A DNA stretch of 64,000 bases from Penicillus capitatus (lineage: Eukaryota > Plantae > Chlorophyta), in assembly GCA_965649825.1 (NCBI GenBank), contig OZ287696.1, positions 1,708,081 through 1,772,080 of the forward strand, written 5' to 3'. Below are positions 49,757 to 59,301 of this stretch, piece after piece. Under the pieces are notes generated by a model. That model was not told the DNA's origin, ran no database searches, and worked only from the letters and a program-made list of their open reading frames with translations. The position numbers and the translations under genes are program-made. Position 1 is the stretch's first letter. Each line of letters begins with the position of its first letter.

Positions 49757-52160
49757 CATGAATAAGGTGGCCACAATGGCACCAAGACTACCCTGGAACA
49801 GCTTCAGCGCATGATCTACTTTCCTGACGCTCCTTCCTGCGTCCAGCACTAGGTTCGCAGTTGCCCCGCATGCCAAGCTTTCGCCCGACATGACCCCCCG
49901 GTGGCTTATCTTTCGCATCGATGCAATCATCCGTGCCGCCAAATCCGACGCGGGAAAACTCTGAACCCTCGCACGTGCCAACTCACCCAGAACCGCCTGA
50001 CCTGACCGGCGACGACACAGGACCGCCCTCCCAAGCCCCGCGACCGTCCTGGGCAGATCTCACCGAAACGCAAGCGCGACAGGAAGGGCAGACCGACCTA
50101 AAATCGGAAATTGCAAGATCACGCTCCACTGTGTCTATGGACAACTTTACGCGATTAACAGTGACGACGCCACCCGTCCGGCTCTGGAAACAGCCAAGTT
50201 TTTGGTGGAAGGCCTGCTCGCCGGCGCGACGATGGCAGACGCCATGCGACCAGCGCACGTCATATCACGTACCCCTGGACAATTTCCGCCTCTTAGACAA
50301 ACCACCTTGCCTGTGCTCTTAAGCAACCGACCACAGCGAACATCTTACTTCAATGCCGCCAGAGCGAATATAGGTGCTGCCCACCAAGCCCTCCCCAAAG
50401 CAACACATTCCTGCGGTCCTCCCCCAACCGGAGCTTACCGAGCCCAACCATCGGCAGCAGCACGAAACAAGCAAGAAGCGGTCGAGCGCCTCCGTCGCTT
50501 GCGCCCGCTAGACACTGCGCCAGACCGCCAGTTTTTTGTGTCACCGGTCCCAGAGGACTCTGGCCATCCTATTCGTAGCCAGTTTCTTTTCCGAGAAGCC
50601 TGGGATGAGAAGAACTGGAAATCGAACTACATAATCAAGGACTCACGGGGGAAGATGCATTCCCTATATGCACCAGATCCGAGATAGACGAAAGCATCAA
50701 CATCATCACTGACTCATCCACCGTCTGATAAATCAATTCGTCCCCGCCAAAGAGTCAAGCTCCAAATCCCGGCCCTGGTATGACGATGAGCTCAGAGTTA
50801 TCCATCAGCGCATGAAGACGGCTGAACGCGAATGGAAACAACATTCCTCCTTGAATACGCAGGTCAAGAAGGACTAATACATCCAAGAATTCCGCTCGCT
50901 CGCACAACAAAAGAAGCAAACAGCGTTTACATCATTCTGCTCGGCGCTGGGAAATGACACCATGTGGTCGGCTCTCCAACGCCTGACAGGTGCGAGGCGC
51001 TCGACGAACCCAGACCTCCTAATGGATCCCCAAGGACAACTTACCGAACCAGAAGCAATAGCCGAAGCGCTGGCGCAGAAATACTTCGTCCAACCGGCCC
51101 CCTACCGACAGGCATCGTACAAAACAAACTGCAACGCAGATCGTCAACAATGGCTCACCTCTCTCCCACCGCTGGAAACGGAATTTGACCCCTTCGCAGT
51201 TTCGGAGATCCTAGAAGTATATATACATAAAAATGGGTGATTTTACATGGGATCCGCACATGACATACCCCATGAACGCTGAGCGGAAATGAAAATCAGG
51301 GTGATAAACGAGACAAGACTTCTTGGCAATATTTAGCTAAGGTGCTTCTCGAACTTGGTTTCATCAGAATGTTGTCCCAAGTCCATCTATGTTCTCCGTA
51401 TAATTGTTGTCGTAAACTTGTCAGGCTAGGGCAATCGAGCAAATGATCCCGAGATTCGATGGTTTCTTGACAGAGACGGCACCCGAGTTCTACGTCTTCA
51501 TGCTCGGAGTTTTGGATACGGTTTAGGAAGACCTTGCATGGAAAATGGCCAGACAAGAATCTGCAGAGAGAAGTGAATTCGTCACGGCACAAAGACTTGA
51601 TCCATTTACGACGTCGACTGATAACTGGAGACCAGTTCGTTAATCTTAGCTGACGGCCCGTGGTTCCTTGCATCCAGGACTTCAACTCTTTATCTTCGAG
51701 ATGCGACACTGCTGCACATCGCAGCGAGTTCTTGTTCAATGCAGAAGCAGGGATGTCTCTATTAATGGCTTGGACAAGGTTGTGCAGAGATGACAGAGGG
51801 GTTGGGTAAGTTTCTTTCGCAGGGGAGCGATTATGATGCATACGGATATTCAATGCTTCAAGGCTGGGTTGCAGCATTACAAACCGAAGAGAGATTTCAT
51901 AGGCTGGTGGGCGCAGGCCTGCCAGCGCGAAGAGAGACTGGGTAGCTGTTGTTCGAAAGCAGCCGGTGATCATGAGAGCTCCCAGTCTGTAGATACGTTC
52001 GATTGCTTGAATCTTTTTAGCTACAGCCAGTCCAGTATTGCTCCACACTTCTGCACCATAGAGAGCGGAATGGACAACACATGACTTGACAAGAATCTGA
52101 GTAACGTGAGGGGAAGCGCCCCAGTGGGAATGGCTGAGGCGTCTGATAGATGCCAGACGG

Positions 52161-53871
52161 TGTTGTGGCGGGGCAGCCGCTCGAACGATCAATGCAGCGG
52201 AAGTCTTTACAGGCTCGGAGCAGAAGTATTTCAAAGTTCAGAGTCGCGCATTTATACCCGAAAATTGATGCGACTCACCGAGACAGGTTCAAACACCACA
52301 GAAACACGCCCCAGAGGAGTCATCAGTGTCTCTCTGCGCGATGAACCCCTTCACCACAAGACAGAATGACATGACCCCTTGTCGAAGACAACATGGGCCC
52401 ACCCCTTTCGCTTGCGTATACTCCGAAAGCAGGTAAAACCCCCACGAAAAACAAATAATCAAATCAGTCTATGCCCGAGGTGAATCGTCGCAGCGCCGAG
52501 AAGATGGTCCAGCCCGAGGATGATGATGCTTCTGTGTTCGGTTCCCCCGCTCTCTGCTGCGAATCCGATGTCGTCGGATTCGATGACTCAACCATATCTG
52601 TAGTCCGCACTCGCGGACAATCCTGTGCCAGGTGCCCCTTACATCGACAGCTGTAGCAGATCCGTCCGCGTCTCATGGCTCCTCCGCCATCGTCTGCCGC
52701 GTCGGCCGTCTTCTCTCTTCGCCGTCGCCGCGGATACCGCCCAACGTCGTGCAACACTCGTTTCATCTGTTGCAAAGTCTTTTCACTTCGCCGATTCCCC
52801 TCTGGTTTCTTCGCCATCAACTCGGTTGTCGTCCTGACATCCCTTTGTAGCGTCTTCACCTCGTCGGCCAGTGACTGTAGACATGGCACCAAGTCAGGTG
52901 CCGAAATATACTTCTGTTTCTCCTCTGCGAAGGCGGATTCCGTCTCTTCAAGCCTCTGTTTCGTGGAGGAGGCTTCCTCGATAGCCTCGTTTGCATCTTG
53001 GTGCGCCTTGTTGATGTCTTGTTTTGCTTCGGAAATGTCCTTCTGCAGTTCTGCGTTGATGGCCGTAAGTCGCTTGATTTCTGCTGTCGCCTCGGCTACC
53101 TCGCGTCGTAAAAGCTCGACCGACAGTCCCCTTGCAATACCACTTGATTCAGAAGCCTGCAGCGTCGCTTGTAACTCTTCCTTCTCGTCTCGCAAATCTC
53201 GCTTTTCCCGAAGCCATTTCTCCTTTTCGTCTTGCAAGTCTCGCCTTTCTTTCAGCCGCGGACAAATATACCTTAGGAACTCAAACATGCAATCTTCGTC
53301 TACCAACAAGTAGGAAAAATCGTCGTTGTGATCATCTGGCTGTATCCAAACGCGAAAACCGTGAAGTCTGGGGCACAGCCCTTCGTCTTGACCAAAATAC
53401 GCAAAGAGACTTTCCTCATAACCGCGTATACCATAAACCCCGTGGCTGCCACCCTCGACGTGACCCTGCTCCCTTCTTCTTTGTCGTGCTCGACTCATCC
53501 TTGACAATTCGCTTCTCGAAATTCCTTGTGCCTAGGTGTGCCTAGTCAAGACTCAACGGGCGCAAAGCACACAGCAAATGCGCAACGTCACACAGACGGA
53601 GTTCAAACTGAGGAACGTTTAACAACGCTCCGAAACCATGTTGTGGCGGGGCAGCCGCTCGAACGATCAATGCAGCGGAAGTCTTTACAGGCTCGGAGCA
53701 GAAGCATTTCAAAGTTCAGAGTCGCGCATTTATACCCGAAAATTGATGCGACTCACCGAGACAGGTTCAAACACCACAGAAACACGCCCCAGAGGAGTCA
53801 TCAGTGTCTCTCTGCGCGATGAACCCCTTCACCACAAGACAGAATGACATGACCCCTTGTCGAAGACAACA
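52161..53871 (-). mobile_element. Miniature non-autonomous LTR element (1711 bp) inserted in LINE-B ORF2
   Basis: 233-bp direct repeats 52161-52393 and 53639-53871 (1 mismatch); TGTTGT..ACAACA ends; 4-bp TSD ACGG; PBS 53627-53638; purine-rich tract next to the other LTR. Excision restores KKRCVDR|LASIRRLSHSHWG. Confidence 0.95.
52464..53498 (-). CDS. 344-aa ORF of the mini-LTR element: small N-terminal domain, long coiled coil, one CCHC zinc knuckle
   Basis: Uninterrupted ORF from the first ATG (53498); E/K/Q/L/A heptad-rich middle; CYSCRCKGHLAQDC knuckle. Confidence 0.8.
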   Translation of the reverse strand: MSRARQRRREQGHVEGGSHGVYGIRGYEESLFAYFGQDEGLCPRLHGFRVWIQPDDHNDDFSYLLVDEDCMFEFLRYICPRLKERRDLQDEKEKWLREKRDLRDEKEELQATLQASESSGIARGLSVELLRREVAEATAEIKRLTAINAELQKDISEAKQDINKAHQDANEAIEEASSTKQRLEETESAFAEEKQKYISAPDLVPCLQSLADEVKTLQRDVRTTTELMAKKPEGNRRSEKTLQQMKRVLHDVGRYPRRRRREKTADAADDGGGAMRRGRICYSCRCKGHLAQDCPRVRTTDMVESSNPTTSDSQQRAGEPNTEASSSSGWTIFSALRRFTSGID

Positions 53872-56800
53872 ACGGTCGACACATCTCTTCTTGGCATCCT
53901 GGACGTGACTCACATAGTTCAACTTGGCGTCCATGTTAAGGCCTAAGTAACGGAACATCGACTCTTCGGAAAGTATCTCAGATCTTAGACGGACTTCCAC
54001 CGGAGCAGCCTTTCTCAACCTACTGAATCGCAGCAAATGGCTTTTCTGGGCATTAAACGACATGAGATTCGCGGAGCCCCAGTTCATTATTCTGTCGACG
54101 TTGTCTTGGAAGGATAGGAGCAGCTCTTGTCGGCGTCCAAGTTTGGAATATAATAAGCAGTCGTCAGCGAAAATGAGGAGCTTGGACGGGCCAGCGATAC
54201 AGTGAGCAATGTCGTAGATGAAGCAGAGAAAGAGAATCGGTGAGAGTGGACTACCCTGGGGAACCCCAAGTTCTGGAGTGCATAAGAATGCGTTGGAATC
54301 GAGGTTCAACGAAGCGGACCGGTTCGTAAGAAAACAACGGATCATTCCAAGCAGGTTTCCCGGAGTCTTCATTTGGCAGAGACGCCATAAGAGGATATCA
54401 TGCGGCACGCTGTCGAAAGCTGCGGATATGTCCAGGCTGAGGGCAATAGTCTGGTCTCTTGCGTTGAAGGATTCCAAAATATCTTATTTGCTTGTATAAG
54501 AGCCGTAAGCGTGCTTCTCCTGGAGCGAAAACCATGTTGTTCTGTGCAGATAGAACCATTGTTTTCAAGATGGCGTGTTAGCTGCTTTTGGATGATCCGC
54601 TCGAGAAGCTTCCCCATACAGCAGAGGAGTGAAATGGGCCTCCAGCTGCTTGGTTTGGTGGGATCGGATCCGCCTTTAGGTACAGGAACAACGAGCGACT
54701 GACGACAGCAAGATGGGAAGTAAGCATTAGTGAGGCAAAAGTTGAAGATGTCAAGCAGTATGTCACCGATAGTGTAAAAGGTTTTCTGGATGCAGAGAGT
54801 GGGGATCTTATCTAAGCCTGCAGCCCCATGGCGGGTCGGAGCAACCAGGTCTTCCAGATCATCAAAACTGATCTGTTCCGCAGCTCTGCACGGAGCCCAA
54901 TCATGGACTTCTTTCCACGTTGTTGCCTGACGAAGAAGTGAGTCATCATCGGGGGCTGTTAATCTTGGAATAAAGCGCTTGAACAGGAGGTCTGCTTTTG
55001 CCGAGGTCGAGCTTGTCACTCCGTCTTCAGTTGTCAAGGCGGGGACGTCGGCTAGTTTCGGGCCACCAGAGATCCTTTTAAAGCGGCTCCACATATCACC
55101 ACCCGTATGGGTGTTTCTGCAAAAGTTTTGAAAGGACACTTGTTTGGCACTCTTCACTTCTTCTTTGAACTTGGATCTTGCAGTTTTCGTGTTTTGAGCC
55201 GCATGGTGAAGGAGGTCGGCCGAATGTTTAGATTGACGAGACTGATGGCGATTCCGGGCTTTTCTCAGACGGTTTCTGGAATTTCTGTAACTTCTTCATT
55301 TACGTTTGACGGAAGAAATGAGCCAAGCCTTCTGGACGCCCGAAGAACGACTAGTCCTGACTCTAGACTCCATCGTAGATTGGATGGCTGCAGTGAGATC
55401 TTTTATTCGAAGTTCGACGGTGTGGACGTCCTGAATTGGAGCGAAGCAGTTGTGATAGATGAGCTTGCGAAAGAGTTCTCGATTGAATTCGTCCCAGTCG
55501 ACATCATTCCACTTATAGATTTTTCGGGCCTCTCTCGGAATTTTATCGGCGGAGATGACTGTGCGGATGAGCGAATGATCGGATACTGGATCGCGTCATC
55601 TAGGACACTCCATTTCGAGACAAGAGATGCGGCCGTAGAGTTCGTGAGGGTCAAGTCAAGCCAGTGAGGATTACCATGGGCGTCTCTAAAGGACGGGGGA
55701 CCAGAGACATTGTTGATGATATGGAGTCCCTTGGTGAGCACAAGTTCTTCGACCTTCTCGCCAACAGCGTTTGGGGCTTCGGGGCCCCAGAGGGGTGAAT
55801 GTCCATTGGCATCTCCACACAGAATCACTCTTGAGCATTTTGTTCTGCATGCGTCGTAGGCTGAGTGAAGGTCTTCAAGGCCAGCAGCGGAAGTATGATG
55901 AACATAGAAAGAGATGATCGCCAGGTCTCCCTGAGCAGAAGGGACAACGATGGCCGCGACTCTATCAGGGTTATTTGGAAGCGGCAGGATTTCGTAACGG
56001 ATATCTTCGTGTACGAAAAAGCCACACTGGGTGCTGGGACTGCCAGGAGATCGAATCCAGCGGTGTTTGAACGATTTGAATGAATTCTGGCGCAGGTAGA
56101 AAGGCGGTTCGCAAACTGCAACTATGTCCGGTGATTCGTTTTCCAGCCAGAGCTCTAGGGCTGGAAGGGACAGGTTTCTTGAGGCAAGGTTAATTTGGTC
56201 AATGACAATACTCGATGACCTATCTATATTAAGGCAAGAGTTGGGGTCACTGGAGTGGGAAAAAGCAGAATGCAGATCACTGGAAGAGAACGGATGTTTA
56301 CTATTCTCCATGGTGTGTTGACGAAGACAATTGCTGGCCAGGGTGGGGAACTGCATCTACTGCCATGGCGGCATCTTCCACTTCAACGTCCGAGTCCCAG
56401 CTGCTTACTGGGTTTCGCACCAATGGGACTGGATGTGCAGACGGCTGTTCGGAAGCCTTGCAGGATGGGCAATCGGAGGAAAGATGCGCCTGCTTGCAGT
56501 AAGAACAGAGAGGCGGATTCGGGCAGTCGACTGCTTTGTGATGACCCACGCAGCCGCACTTCATGCACCGGTAAGAGACTGGCTCGAATCTACGACAGTA
56601 TCGAGCGCTTAGATTAATAAAGCAGCCTCCCTGATTGATCAGTATTTCCAGCAGATCATGTTCCGCAAAAAGGCGGATTCCACGTCCGTCGCCCCATGAA
56701 CCGTCTGGAAGACGACGTTTGAGGCGTGGGGCGCCTTTTATCATCTTCGGGATTTCTTCTGGTCGCAGACCGATCACGGAATGGTTTTTCCGTACCAGGT

Positions 56801-59301
56801 CTTCGATAACTTCGTCTGTAGAGACCTCCGAAACGTCTTCAATGACGATAGATGGACCAGATGGTCCACTAGGAGGTGGTAACCTTTTCCAAGTACCAAT
56901 GGTTTCAAGTGCCACTGCGTCTTGATGCAGATCATTGAGCTTTGACCACGCCGGCTCTGAGATTTGGACAAGAAATCCGCCTCTGTCAAGGCGATTCGAG
57001 CAGCGTTCAATACAACGACTGCTGCCACAGATATTGAGAAGGGCTTGTTCGAGCTCGGATATGAATTTCGATCTGTCAACGGGCACCTGGTTATAGGAGC
57101 GAAACTCCGGTTCCCAAATGCGCGTTCTTCCAGGATCACGACCACCGGCTCTTATCTTAGCGAGGCTGGCGAGAGCGGATTTCTTGTCACGGCGCTGTCG
57201 ATCTCTGAGGTTCGCGATGGAAGTTTTCGGTATCTGGCTCCAGTTTTACCCTTCCCGACGGGCCACAGCTGCATAGGACAGTGCAGCCATTGGAGGCGCG
57301 CGGCGGGTTTCGGACGTGCTGGCAGGTTCTTTAAGAAGAGGCTTCGCTCCGAGGAGAAAACCAGCTTGGATGCCATCGATGTACGCACCAGCGACTTGGG
57401 CAAACAAGTCACGGTCCGACTGCTGATCAGCCATTCTCATTTTCTCGAAGATAGCGGCAAGCTTTTCGCAGGTCTCCATGACTGGATTGGTAACAGAAGA
57501 TGCGACTGATGGAACATTGGTATCTTCCCCTACGAACGGAGGCTGAGCGGCCGAGGAGGACGGCCGGACTTCGGCAGGTTGTCGGAACTGAGCATCGGAT
57601 TCGTCGATAAGAGACGTCAGTATGTTGCGAAGTTCGGAGACAGGTGCCTGGCTGCGAAAAGAGCAATCTCGTGGCTTGAGCATCCGTTTGAGTTCCTTTG
57701 CTGGAGCACGCGCTACAGCCTCCCTCGAGGGGAGGGGAGGCATATCGGAACGCAGATCTGAAGTCTTCCTGACCTTCCCCGACCCTGGATCAAGCTTGTC
57801 CGGCGACACGCGAGGAGAACGAATCATGACGTGACCGAAAAGATCATCCTAGAAGTACTCGAACGGGGAAAACCCCAAGTGGCCCCAGGACCAGATGCTA
57901 TTCCAAACCTGGTGCTCCAGAAGCTAGGCACAGTGCTTGCTTGTCCCATCACAGACATATTCAATGCCTGTTTAGAAATGGGACACTTTCCGACCCCTTT
58001 TAGAAGAGCGATCGTCGTTAGTGTCCCCAAGCCGGGAAAGGATCCTCTCAGTACGGCCGAATATCGACCCATCGCTCTACTGTCAACACTGGGCAAGAAG
58101 TTAGAAACCTTACTCTGCACACGCCTCACCTCTCATATGGAGAAATCGAAAATCTGGTCTGACTTCCAATACGGTTTCAGAAGAAACAAGTCTACTACGC
58201 AAGCCATTAGCCGTCTGATGGACAGAGCCACCAGTGCCCTCAACAATCGAAAGCATTTTCTAGTAATTTCGTTCGACCTCCAAGCCGCCTTTGACTCAAC
58301 AGACCCGGACATAATGTGGAAGACACTCTTGGACACTGGGATGCCTCGATACCTGCTCCGCATGCTTGACGGGTTCTTCCGCAACCGCGAAGTTTGCTTG
58401 CTGGTGGGGCCAGAATCCTGGCCTTTTTACTCAACACGTGGAGTGCCACAGGGCTCACCATTATCTCCAGCGCTTTTCATCACATTTGCTAATGGAGTGC
58501 TCTCAGCACTATCAGGTCAAGTCGAAGGACAGATGTACGCCGATGATTTGATCATTTGGAAAGAACTGGAAGCCGACGGAACGGACGCCTCTGACATTCA
58601 GATTACGCTCAAAAAGCTAGAAGAATGGGCAGATCGCAACGAGATGCAATTTAATGCCGATAAGACCCAGGCCATGGCGATTTCCAGGCTCGGGAAGAAA
58701 TCCTTCCCGTTGTCGTGGTATTAAAGGATGTTGACATTTGAAAAGATTGTAATAGCGTTTTCATCGCCACCGTTACAAATTGGTTTCGGAGCCGTATGGA
58801 CCAAAGACTCCGTGTCATTGAAGAATGGATAAAAACCGTGGAACTATGGAACAACGAGAAGTTACCTATGCTAGAAAAGTAGGTCGAAGACAATCGCGCC
58901 AAGTTACGCACCGCCAGAAGGAAATTGAAAAGGCCGTTGAAACGCAAATGAAGGGCGCCGAGGCACAAGGCGAAGAGCTAAAGAAGCTAAAAGCCGAGCT
59001 CGAAGAACTCAAAAAGGGGAGCGTAGAACACCAACCAGCGCGAAATGATGGCCATCGGAGGCGACGTAGCCACGGTAGGATCTACCCTCGAACGCTTGGA
59101 ACAGGGTATCACCCACAACGGGGACCGAGTGACCGCCGTGGAGCAGAACGTGAAGAACATCGATCAGCGCGTCACGACGATCGCTACGTCGAGGGCAAGT
59201 ACGACGTCGACTCCCGCATCGACGACGCCAGTACAGTCGAGGTCGGTCTCGACCACCGGCAGTGGCAGTTCGTCCGGGCCGAAGCTTCAGTGGACGCAGA
59301 G

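Larger units (their letters stand above)
51220..57845 (-). mobile_element. LINE-B: near full-length but mutated non-LTR element (ORF1 with CCHC knuckles; ORF2 APE-RT-zinc finger)
   Basis: 12-bp TSD ATCCTAGAAGTA (51208-51219 and 57846-57857). ORF1 57827-56301 has one in-frame TAA and CxxCxxxxHxxxxC knuckles. ORF2 has APE motifs (QINL, DIVAVCEP, GDANGHSPLWG, SDH), RT motifs (WRPISLL, QHGFR, GVPQGS, FADD) and C-terminal CRLC..RDHLLDC, with frameshifts. Confidence 0.95.
49757..58710 (+). mobile_element. LINE-A (non-LTR retrotransposon; own sequence 49757-51219 and 57858-58710), split by LINE-B and truncated by the gypsy element
   Basis: ORF1-like fragments, then SRPWYDDEL..MWSAL..EALAQKYF. Removing LINE-B restores EFDPFAVSEILEV|LERGKPQVAPGPDAIP. 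RT motifs YRPIALL, QYGFR, FDLQAAFD, GVPQGSPLSP and YADD are present. Confidence 0.93.

Noticed and set aside
52675-53313. 212-aa plus-strand ORF inside the mini-LTR element
   Set aside because: Ser/Phe-rich antisense shadow typical of a coiled-coil gene on the other strand.
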